A stretch of 64,000 bases of DNA from Eubacteriales bacterium (GTDB lineage: Bacteria > Bacillota > Clostridia > Oscillospirales > CAG-272): positions 13,770-77,769 of the forward strand of contig JAZUKN010000039.1 of NCBI GenBank assembly GCA_045643285.1, written 5' to 3'. Positions 55,495 through 62,749 of the stretch are shown here, one piece after another; the first letter of the stretch is position 1, and each line of letters begins with the position of its first letter. Both the position numbers and the translations under genes were made by a program. A model generated the notes under the pieces. The model was not told where the DNA came from. It saw only the letters and a list, made by a program, of their open reading frames with translations, and made no database searches.

Positions 55495-57480
55495 TTACTT
55501 CTTCCCTTTTTCTATCTCTCTAATCTTGTCTCTGAGGTATGCCGCCTCTTCAAAACGAAGCTCTGCGGCGGCTTTTTTCATCTCTGCCGTCAGGCGCTCG
55601 ATGTCGTTATCCTGCGGTACGGCAACAGTCGGCGCGTCCTTTTGTCTGCCTTTCTTCTTTTTCGCTCGGTCGTCGACAACGCCGATTGAAATAAGCTCGC
55701 CGACCTCTTTTTCGATAGTTTTCGGGGTGATGCCGTGCTCGAGATTGTATTTCATCTGTATCGCGCGGCGGCGGTCTGTCTCGTCCATTGCTTCTTTCAT
55801 GGATGCCGTGATGTGATCGGCGTAAAGGATGACCTTGCCGTTTGCGTTTCGTGCCGCGCGCCCTATCATCTGAACGAGCGAGCGTGTAGAACGGAACAGC
55901 CCCTCTTTGTCGGCGTCAAGTATCGCAACGAGCGTGACTTCGGGCAGGTCTATTCCCTCTCGGAGAAGATTTATCCCGACCAGCACGTCGTACAGTCCGA
56001 GTCTGAGGTTGCGGAGAAGCTCCGTGCGCTCCATTGTGTCGATGTTGTGGTGGATGTACTTCACGCGGATGCCCTGTTCGGAGAGGTATTCCGTGATATC
56101 CTCCGCCATTTTTTTCGTGAGCGTCGTCACGAGGACTCTCTCGCCGCGTGCCGTTCTGTCGCGTATCTCGCCTATGAGGTCGTCGACCTGCGTTTCAACG
56201 GGGCGGACTTCCACTTCGGGATCGACAAGTCCCGTCGGGCGTATGATCTGCTCAACGGTCTGCGACGACACCTCCGCTTCAAAATCCGCAGGAGTGGCAG
56301 AGACCATAACGACCTGATTCACCTTGTCCTTGAATTCCTCAAACAGAAGCGGTCTGTTGTCAAATGCCGACGGCAGACGGAAGCCGAAATCGACAAGATT
56401 CTGCTTTCTTGCTCTGTCGCCGCCGCTCATTCCGCGCACCTGCGGAACGGTGACGTGGCTCTCGTCGATGAACATTATATAGTCGTCGGGGAAGTAGTCG
56501 AGCAGGCAGTACGGCGTGGAACCGGGTTTCCGTCCTGCGAACACGCGCGAATAGTTCTCAACTCCAGAACAGAAGCCGACTTCGCGGAGCATTTCGAGGT
56601 CGTACCGCGTCCGTTCTTCTATTCTCTGCGCTTCGAGGAGCTTATCCTGCGAACGGAACCACTCCGCGCGCTCTGTCATTTCCTCTTCTATCTCACGGAA
56701 CGCACGCTCGCGCATCGCAGGATCGACAACGTAGTGCGTCGCCGGAAAGATCGGCACGTAATTGATGTACTGTATCGTCTTTCCCGTGACGGGATCGAAT
56801 TCGGAGAGGCGGTCTATCTCGTCGCCGAAAAATTCCGCACGGATCGCCTTGTCGGAGGACGACGCAGGAAAAATTTCGATAATATCGCCGTGGACGCGGA
56901 ATTTGTCGCGCGTGAAGTTTATGTCGTTGCGCTCGTAGCTTATGGCGACAAGTTTTTTCATAAGCTCGCGCATCGGTATTTCAAGCCCCGGACGGAGTCC
57001 GACGATCTGACCGGAATATTCCTCCGGCGGACCAAGCGAATAAATACACGACACAGACGACACAATAATAACGTCCCGTCTCTCGAACAGCGCGGACGTT
57101 GCCGAATGGCGGAGCTTGTCTATTTCGTCGTTGATCAGCGCGTCTTTTTCGATATACATATCTTTTCCGGGGACGTACGCCTCCGGCTGATAGTAGTCGT
57201 AGTAGCTGACGAAATACTCGACTGCGTTTTCGGGAAAGAACTGACGGAATTCGAGACATAGCTGGGCCGCGAGCGTCTTGTTGTGCGACAGAACGAGCGT
57301 CGGACGGTTGAGATTCGCTATTACGTTCGCCATTGTGAACGTTTTGCCCGATCCCGTAACGCCGAGAAGCGTCTGATATTTCATACCGCTCTCGATGCCT
57401 GCCGTCAGCTTCTCAATAGCCTCGGGCTGATCTCCCGTAGGACTGAACGGCGAGTGGAGCTTGAATTTGTCGTCTCTCAT
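55495..57480 (-). CDS. uvrB: excinuclease ABC subunit B
   Basis: 661 aa with [14 protein letters not shown], helicase motifs and a C-terminal UVR domain ([16 protein letters not shown]). Confidence 0.97.
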   Translation of the reverse strand: MRDDKFKLHSPFSPTGDQPEAIEKLTAGIESGMKYQTLLGVTGSGKTFTMANVIANLNRPTLVLSHNKTLAAQLCLEFRQFFPENAVEYFVSYYDYYQPEAYVPGKDMYIEKDALINDEIDKLRHSATSALFERRDVIIVSSVSCIYSLGPPEEYSGQIVGLRPGLEIPMRELMKKLVAISYERNDINFTRDKFRVHGDIIEIFPASSSDKAIRAEFFGDEIDRLSEFDPVTGKTIQYINYVPIFPATHYVVDPAMRERAFREIEEEMTERAEWFRSQDKLLEAQRIEERTRYDLEMLREVGFCSGVENYSRVFAGRKPGSTPYCLLDYFPDDYIMFIDESHVTVPQVRGMSGGDRARKQNLVDFGFRLPSAFDNRPLLFEEFKDKVNQVVMVSATPADFEAEVSSQTVEQIIRPTGLVDPEVEVRPVETQVDDLIGEIRDRTARGERVLVTTLTKKMAEDITEYLSEQGIRVKYIHHNIDTMERTELLRNLRLGLYDVLVGINLLREGIDLPEVTLVAILDADKEGLFRSTRSLVQMIGRAARNANGKVILYADHITASMKEAMDETDRRRAIQMKYNLEHGITPKTIEKEVGELISIGVVDDRAKKKKGRQKDAPTVAVPQDNDIERLTAEMKKAAAELRFEEAAYLRDKIREIEKGKK

Positions 57481-57519
57481 GGCTTTCCTCCCTTTTTGCT
57501 GTGTGCTTATATTATACTA

Positions 57520-57735
57520 TTTTATTTGGATTTTATCAAGCAGTTTTTGTTGGGACGCTGTCCCAAACCCTGCTCAGAAAACTTTTTCGAGAAAAAGTTT
57601 TCTGAGAACTTTCAAAAAGCTCAATATAACTGTGTCATTGCAGTTTTTGAGGATTCTTAAGGGACTTTTTCCAAAAAGTCCCTTAAGTGGAGTTTGAGGC
57701 AACGCCTCAACAAACCCGAATAATTCCTCCCTCTG
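57520..57735. repeat. type-2 long-palindrome element (copy 2 of 2, extended)
   Basis: ctcagaaaacttttt-cgag-aaaaagttttctgag (57573-57606) has a perfect 15-bp stem. cttaagggacttttt-cc-aaaaagtcccttaag (57656-57687) is also perfect. tggga-cgctg-tccca and ttgaggc-aac-gcctcaa are present as well. Confidence 0.8.
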
Positions 57736-57847
57736 CAACATATTATAGAGTGCAGATAAAATTCGGGATTGACAAAACGCGCCGTTCGGGGTAAAATAAA
57801 GACAGAAGAAAAATCATCACAGTAATAAGAGAAAAGGGACGAATACA

Positions 57848-58180
57848 ATGGATAACGAAAACAGAAACAACGAGATCGAAGAAAACGAAGAATTCGATTC
57901 CGAGATCTACACTCTCACAGACGAAGACGGCACGGAGCTGAATTTCGCGCTTCTCGGCACGCTTGAGCACGAGGGCAACATCTATAAGGCAATGGTTCCG
58001 TGCGACGAAAACGGAGAGGAAACGAGCGAAGAATACGTTATTCTGAAGCTCACAAAGGACGAGAACGGCGAAGACCTGCTCGAAACGATCGACGACGATG
58101 ACGAATTTGACCGCATCGCCGACATCTTCGACGACGAGTTCTCCGACATCCTCTACGACGAACCCGAAGAAAACAAATAA
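57848..58180 (+). CDS. DUF1292 domain protein
   Basis: 110 aa and acidic. I.L.DEDG.E..F..L......G..Y....P is characteristic of DUF1292. Confidence 0.7.
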   Translation: MDNENRNNEIEENEEFDSEIYTLTDEDGTELNFALLGTLEHEGNIYKAMVPCDENGEETSEEYVILKLTKDENGEDLLETIDDDDEFDRIADIFDDEFSDILYDEPEENK

Positions 58181-58474
58181 ACAGGCGAAGCACATTTTTC
58201 TTGCCGGATCTGCTTTCTTTCCACCGTGAGCATAAAAACCCACAAAGAGTAAAAAGGAGCTCGGTCTTCCGATGCAGGTTGCAGACCTCCCTCCTGTGCC
58301 GTGAGTCGCATTCCGCGCCGCCGCACAGACAGGACGCTGGGAGCACAAAACACCGGAGAGAGCACCATCCCTGGACAAACAGGGTTTCTGTATGCTTGCG
58401 GTGGAATGGAAGCAGACTGGCGGCGGAAAAGTGTGTTTTTGTTTCATTTCACGCCGAAAGGAATTGACAGAATT

Positions 58475-59365
58475 ATGCTTGACGTATGTATCCCGGGGAC
58501 AGGCGGAACAGTGCCGAAGCTCGAACGGTTTCTCGCCTGCTGTTATATGCGCTATAACGGCGCGGGGCTTCTTATCGACTGCGGCGAGGGAACACAGCTT
58601 GCGGTCAAGAAAGCAGGCTTCTCCCTCGGAAAAATCACAACAATACTGCTCACGCACTTCCATGCCGATCACTGCAGCGGACTTCCGGGGCTTCTTCTTT
58701 CCATGGGTAACGAGGGACACACGGACACGCTTCTCATCTGCGGACCGAAAGGCGTCGACGAGGTAGTGCGGTCTCTTATGCACATCTGTCAGGAGCTTCC
58801 GTTCCGCGTAGAGACTCGTGTGCTCGGCGACTTTGATTCGTTCGAGAGGGACGGATTTTCTGTGACATCGTTCGAGGTGCGCCACTCCTGCCCGTGCCTC
58901 GGCTACGACATACGCATAAACCGCGCCGGACGGTTCGATACCGAAAAAGCGAAAAGAAACGGCGTGCCGGTCGCACTGTGGTCGCGTCTGCAAAAGGGCG
59001 AAGAGATCGACGGATACACAAAAGACATGGTGCTCGGAGAAAGCCGCCGCGGTATCCATGTGACTTACTCAACGGACACGCGCCCGTCCGATATGATCTC
59101 GACAATGGCGACGGAGGCGGATCTCCTTATATGCGAGGGAATGTTCGAGAGCGAAAAGCTCGACCGCGCAAAGGAGTCGTCGCACATGACCGTCACGGAG
59201 GCGGCTCACCTTGCAGAGGAAAGCGGATGCCGCGAGCTGTGGCTGACGCACTTCTCCCCTGCTCTGCCCGATCCGTCGGTGTGCATAGGCGAAGCAAAAG
59301 CGATATTCCCGAACACCGAAGCAGGCGTCGACGGAATGACGAAAGTGATAAGATTTGACGAATAA
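58475..59365 (+). CDS. rnz: ribonuclease Z (metallo-beta-lactamase fold)
   Basis: 296 aa from ATG 58475 with GTGG..P...R, LIDCGEGTQ, THFHADHCSGLPGLL and a C-terminal LTHFS. Confidence 0.85.
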   Translation: MLDVCIPGTGGTVPKLERFLACCYMRYNGAGLLIDCGEGTQLAVKKAGFSLGKITTILLTHFHADHCSGLPGLLLSMGNEGHTDTLLICGPKGVDEVVRSLMHICQELPFRVETRVLGDFDSFERDGFSVTSFEVRHSCPCLGYDIRINRAGRFDTEKAKRNGVPVALWSRLQKGEEIDGYTKDMVLGESRRGIHVTYSTDTRPSDMISTMATEADLLICEGMFESEKLDRAKESSHMTVTEAAHLAEESGCRELWLTHFSPALPDPSVCIGEAKAIFPNTEAGVDGMTKVIRFDE

Positions 59366-59400
59366 CATAACAAAACCGGATGAGGTAGTTTCTCATCCGG
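59305..59400 (+). repeat. direct repeat 1 (3' end of rnz plus its terminator hairpin)
   Basis: attcccgaacaccgaagcaggcgtcgacggaatgacgaaagtgataagatttgacgaataaca...ccggatgaggtagtttctcatccgg is repeated at 60748-60841. Confidence 0.9.
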
Positions 59401-59406
59401 TGTTTT
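59376..59406 (+). terminator. rnz terminator
   Basis: The stem ccggatgag/ctcatccgg is followed by tgtttttt. Confidence 0.8.
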
Positions 59407-59430
59407 TTATATATTGATTCAGAAGTATAG

Positions 59431-59667
59431 TTAATCCCGAAAGTCAAACAGTTCTTTGGGCGTGACCTCAAGAACTTCACATAACTTAAAAATTACATCA
59501 AAAGATACACCGACATTTCCAAGCTCTATCGCGCTGATATGACTTCTGTCAATATCGACAAGCTCGGCAAGCTGAAGCTGTGTCAGTTTTTTGCGTTTTC
59601 TGTAATACACTACGTTTAACCCGAACTTTTCGTACAAGATTTTGTATTCAGATTTCACCAATATCAC
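59431..59667 (-). CDS. XRE-family helix-turn-helix transcriptional regulator
   Basis: 78 aa with KLTQLQLAELVDIDRSHISAIELG (HTH_3-like). Confidence 0.8.
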   Translation of the reverse strand: MILVKSEYKILYEKFGLNVVYYRKRKKLTQLQLAELVDIDRSHISAIELGNVGVSFDVIFKLCEVLEVTPKELFDFRD

Positions 59668-59730
59668 CTCAATTAATATTTTATATTGAGTGTTGTCTAA
59701 AATAAACCTTGTGAAACAAACGTAATGCTA

Positions 59731-59759
59731 TTGACACAAGTCAAAAAATGTTGTATAAT
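59731..59759 (+). promoter_or_regulatory. consensus sigma-70 promoter facing the Ltp-like gene
   Basis: TTGACA, exactly 17 nt of spacer and TATAAT, divergent from the XRE gene. Confidence 0.7.
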
Positions 59760-59936
59760 ATCATTAAAAGAATTCTTGTGTCGGTTGTGCCAAAAAGGCA
59801 GCATGAAAGAGGAAGCGAAAAAGATAAAGCGTGGCTGCAGCACAGTTTTCCGCTATGTGCATGAGTTTGAATCCGCTGTCGGAGCGGCGGGAGCTGTTAT
59901 TAATAGCAAATCATAATGAAGCAAAAGGAGACAGTT

Positions 59937-60635
59937 ATGGCAAAAAGTAAAATGACGCAATGCAAGGCGTGTGGAGCAGAGGTGGCTAAGTCTGCAAAAG
60001 TATGTCCTCACTGTGGAGCAAAGAATAAACAGCCTATTTTTAAGAAGTGGTGGTTTTGGGTAATCATTGTGTGTATTCTCGTTGGTGCGATTGTTGGTGG
60101 TAATGGTAACAAGACCTCCACAAATAATAGTGATCTCGTCACGGAGACGGAACCTTATAGAACTACAAAAACCACAGAAACTACAACAGAACCGACAGAA
60201 TCTATGACCACTGCTCAGAAAAATGCCCTGAAAGCTGCAAAGAACTATTTGAGTTTTTCTGCTTTTTCTCATGATGGACTTGTAAAACAGTTGGAATTTG
60301 AACAGTATTCCACTGAGGATGCAGTTTACGCAGCGGATAACTGTGGTGCTGATTGGAATGAGCAGGCTGTAAAGGCTGCAAAGAACTATTTGAGTTTCTC
60401 TGCTTTTTCTCATGATGGACTTATCGAGCAACTTGAATTTGAAAAATATACCATCGAACAGGCTACATATGGTGCAGATAATTGTGGCGCAGATTGGTTT
60501 GAACAAGCTGCCAAGAGTGCTAAAAACTATTTGAATTTTTCTTCTTTCTCAAAAGATGGATTGATCCAGCAGCTTGAATTTGAAAAATTCACCCATGAAC
60601 AAGCAGTATATGGAGCAGAACAGAACGGATATTGA
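59937..60635 (+). CDS. membrane-anchored protein with three Ltp-type (phage superinfection-exclusion lipoprotein-like) repeats
   Basis: 232 aa from ATG 59937, with AAGGAG 7 nt upstream. It has an N-terminal zinc ribbon (CKACG...CPHCG), a TM segment and a Thr-rich linker. Three ~48-aa repeats follow (A.K.AKNYL.FS.FS.DGL..QLEFE.....A.YGA...GADW.EQA). Confidence 0.65.
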   Translation: MAKSKMTQCKACGAEVAKSAKVCPHCGAKNKQPIFKKWWFWVIIVCILVGAIVGGNGNKTSTNNSDLVTETEPYRTTKTTETTTEPTESMTTAQKNALKAAKNYLSFSAFSHDGLVKQLEFEQYSTEDAVYAADNCGADWNEQAVKAAKNYLSFSAFSHDGLIEQLEFEKYTIEQATYGADNCGADWFEQAAKSAKNYLNFSSFSKDGLIQQLEFEKFTHEQAVYGAEQNGY

Positions 60636-60747
60636 TACTCTCACGGAGCGGGGCGCGTGTCTCGCTCTTCTTCTGCCTATTCGCAAAAGTACACCTTTAC
60701 AAACGGCGCAAAACAACGTTTATTTATGTCCGTTATTTGCCGAAAAC

Positions 60748-60841
60748 ATTCCCGAACACCGAAGCAGGCGTCGACGGAATGACGAAAGTGATAAGATTTG
60801 ACGAATAACAAAAAAGCCGGATGAGGTAGTTTCTCATCCGG
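60748..60841 (+). repeat. direct repeat 2 (orphan copy of the rnz 3' end plus terminator hairpin)
   Basis: The 63-nt segment is identical to 59305-59367 and the hairpin ccggatgaggtagtttctcatccgg is identical. Only the short linker differs. Confidence 0.9.
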
Positions 60842-61018
60842 TTTTTGCTATAAAAAGAATCAGCCGCAAAAAAGCCGCCCTCTCAGAGGGAGGGGGACCG
60901 CTTGCGGTGGAAGGAGTGTCCTGAACTTGTTGATCTGCTAAAAAATCTGTAACACACTCTCCCTCAGTCAACTTCGTTGACAGCTTCCTCCCGGAGGGAG
61001 CCATATTATCAGATCATC
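60842..61018. repeat. palindrome-rich spacer
   Basis: Contains ccctctcagaggg, accgcttgcggt, gtcaacttcgttgac and ctcccggagggag. It is bounded by near-identical terminator hairpins at 60811-60852 and 61019-61058. Confidence 0.55.
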
Positions 61019-61024
61019 AAAAGA

Positions 61025-61048
61025 CCGGATGAGGTAATTCTCATCCGG
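61025..61048. terminator. third copy of the terminator hairpin (serves the rubrerythrin gene on the minus strand)
   Basis: ccggatgaggtaattctcatccgg is flanked by A/T runs, and the following gtttttgctat matches 60841-60851. Confidence 0.7.
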
Positions 61049-61066
61049 TTTTTGCTATGTTTTATC

Positions 61067-61609
61067 TCAGAAGTATCTCTTGAGCAGTCCTGCAAACGCT
61101 TTACCGTGGCGGGCTTCGTCGCGTGCCATTTCGTGAACTGTGTCGTGGATCGCGTCGAGATTTGCGGCTTTTGCCATTCTCGCAAGCTCAGTCTTGCCGG
61201 CTGTCGCGCCGTTCTCTGCGGCTACGCGCATTTCAAGATTCTTCTTTGTGGAATCCGTAACGACTTCGCCGAGCATTTCAGCGAACTTAGATGCGTGTTC
61301 AGCCTCTTCGTATGCTGCCTTTTCCCAGTAAAGGGCGATTTCCGGGTATCCCTCGCGTGCGGCAACTCTTGCCATTGCGAGATACATACCCACTTCACAG
61401 CACTCGCCGTTGAAGTTTGCGCGAAGTCCTTCCTTGATCTCTTCGGGAACGTCCTTTGCAACGCCGACAACGTGCTCTGCTGCCCATGTCATATCGTCTT
61501 CCTTGATCTCGACAAACTTTTCTCCGGGTGCCTTGCAGGTCGGGCAGGACTCCGGTCTTGTTTCGCTTTCTACGATCTCACCGCAGATAAGGCATTTCCA
61601 TTTTTTCAT
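61067..61609 (-). CDS. rbr: reverse rubrerythrin (N-terminal rubredoxin-like, C-terminal ferritin-like)
   Basis: 180 aa with N-terminal CLICG...CPTC. Di-iron ExxH motifs lie in the C-terminal four-helix part ([20 protein letters not shown]). Confidence 0.85.
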   Translation of the reverse strand: MKKWKCLICGEIVESETRPESCPTCKAPGEKFVEIKEDDMTWAAEHVVGVAKDVPEEIKEGLRANFNGECCEVGMYLAMARVAAREGYPEIALYWEKAAYEEAEHASKFAEMLGEVVTDSTKKNLEMRVAAENGATAGKTELARMAKAANLDAIHDTVHEMARDEARHGKAFAGLLKRYF

Positions 61610-61665
61610 TTTCGTTTCTCCTTTGTGTTGTTTATTTGTACCGCAAAACGCGGTTCTTGACAGTT

Positions 61666-62283
61666 TTATTCGACCTTTTCAAAATCGGACGCACCGTGCT
61701 TGCATATCGGGCAGACAAAATCTTCGGGAAGCTCGTCTCCCTCGTATTCGTAGCCGCAGACGGAGCATTTCCATACGGTCTTGCCGTTCTCTTTCACGAT
61801 TTTTTCGGGCTTCGGTTTTATGTTTGAATGGTAGTACGCATAGGTTGCCGACGGAGCGGACGAAAGCACCTTGCCGTCAGTCAGCGTTGCTATGACGAGA
61901 ATGTGACTGCCAAGGTCGATCTTCTCTTCAACGTGCGCGCAGAGATATGCGTTCGTGCCTGCCGTTACGGCGAGAGTGCCGTTCGATACACGTTCGCAAT
62001 CGTCAAAACCGTCGAACTTTTCGGCGTCTCTGCCGGACTGAAAACCGAACCGCTTGAAAAGCGAAAAATCCGCGTCTTCGCTTATCACCGAGAGGGTTAT
62101 CTCGTCGGTGTAGCCGAGCATTTCGGCTGTGAAGTTCGCTTTGTTGACTGCGACGGCGATCCTGTCGGGATTCGACGCGACCTGAATCCCCGTGTTGACT
62201 ATACATCCGTTGTCGCGCTTTCCGCAGTGGACGGACAGCACGAAAAGCCCGTATGTGAGCGAAAACATAGCTTTGTTATCCAT
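61666..62283 (-). CDS. flavin reductase-like domain fused to C-terminal rubredoxin (high-molecular-weight rubredoxin type)
   Basis: 205 aa from ATG 62283, with AAGGAG upstream. It has a flavin-reductase-like N-domain and a C-terminal [12 protein letters not shown]...FVCPICKH. Confidence 0.75.
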   Translation of the reverse strand: MDNKAMFSLTYGLFVLSVHCGKRDNGCIVNTGIQVASNPDRIAVAVNKANFTAEMLGYTDEITLSVISEDADFSLFKRFGFQSGRDAEKFDGFDDCERVSNGTLAVTAGTNAYLCAHVEEKIDLGSHILVIATLTDGKVLSSAPSATYAYYHSNIKPKPEKIVKENGKTVWKCSVCGYEYEGDELPEDFVCPICKHGASDFEKVE

Positions 62284-62680
62284 TTTTGTTCTCCTTTTTC
62301 TTACCGATGCAGTCGGGACATATTCCCGTGAACCGCATTTCGGCGCGTTCAAGCGAAAAACCGGTCAGCCTCTCGGCGTCACCTATGATCCCGTCGGGAA
62401 CGGACACGGGGAACACGTCGATGACCTTGCCGCAGACAGAGCAGACGGCGTGCGTGTGCGGTGCGACTGTGCCGTCGAAGCGTTCCTGCCCGTCGACTGT
62501 GCCCACAGAGCGGATCAGTCCGTCGCGCTTCATTTCGGAGAGATTGCGGTAAACTGTCGCAAGGCTGAGGTGGGGAAAAGCGGGCTTCAGTCGGGTGTAT
62601 ATCCACTCGGCGGTCGGGTGAGCGGTGGTGCTTCTGAGACATTCAAGGATCGCGTCTCGCTTCGCGCTGTGCCGTTTCAT
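62276..62680 (-). CDS. perR: Fur-family transcriptional regulator (PerR-like by context)
   Basis: 134 aa with a winged-helix N-terminus (R..IL..L.....HPTAEWIY..L......LSLATVYRNL), H.H and two CxxC pairs (CSVCG, CPDC). It overlaps the downstream gene by 8 nt. Confidence 0.75.
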   Translation of the reverse strand: MKRHSAKRDAILECLRSTTAHPTAEWIYTRLKPAFPHLSLATVYRNLSEMKRDGLIRSVGTVDGQERFDGTVAPHTHAVCSVCGKVIDVFPVSVPDGIIGDAERLTGFSLERAEMRFTGICPDCIGKKKENKNG

Positions 62681-62696
62681 GTTTTCTCCTTAATAA

Positions 62697-62711
62697 TAAT
62701 GATTATCATTA
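62697..62711. promoter_or_regulatory. Fur/PerR-type operator (perfect 7-1-7 palindrome)
   Basis: TAATGATtATCATTA lies between the -10 element and the RBS of the perR-like gene. With flanks it matches the classical 19-bp Fur box GATAATGATAATCATTATC at 16/19 positions. Confidence 0.65.
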
Positions 62712-62716
62712 CTGAT

Positions 62717-62744
62717 ATTATAACACAAATTGTCGAAAAGTCAA
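62717..62744 (-). promoter_or_regulatory. sigma-70 promoter of the perR-like operon
   Basis: On the minus strand: TTGACT, a 16-nt spacer and TATAAT. Confidence 0.6.
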
Positions 62745-62749
62745 GAATA

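Larger units (their letters stand above)
59401..60747. mobile_element. about 1.35-kb inserted cassette (integrase-less remnant) bounded by the rnz 3'-end duplication
   Basis: It is bounded by the direct repeats at 59305-59400 and 60748-60841. It carries an XRE-type regulator, a consensus promoter and an Ltp-like membrane protein. No recombinase gene lies inside. Confidence 0.55.

Noticed and set aside
58390-58430. ggtggaatggaagcagac looked like the conserved SRP RNA domain IV sequence (GGUCCGGAAGGAAGCAGC).
   Set aside because: The GGAA tetraloop closing pairs and the 5' AGGUCAGGUCC partner are missing, and the expected symmetric and asymmetric loop partners are not found on either strand. 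The resemblance is limited to GGAAGCAG.
57743-59059. A 438-aa minus-strand ORF spanning the DUF1292 gene, the 294-nt spacer and half of rnz.
   Set aside because: It runs antisense to two well-supported genes, shows no motifs and is Arg/Cys-rich. I treat it as a chance open frame. The unusual openness of the spacer is reported separately as a finding.
59725-59916. A 63-aa ORF between the XRE gene and the Ltp-like gene.
   Set aside because: Its ATG (59725) lies upstream of the -35 and -10 elements of the consensus promoter (59731-59759), so it would not be on that transcript, and it has no RBS. A shorter internal frame (MKEEAKK..., from 59805) has only a weak AAAGG and cannot be supported.
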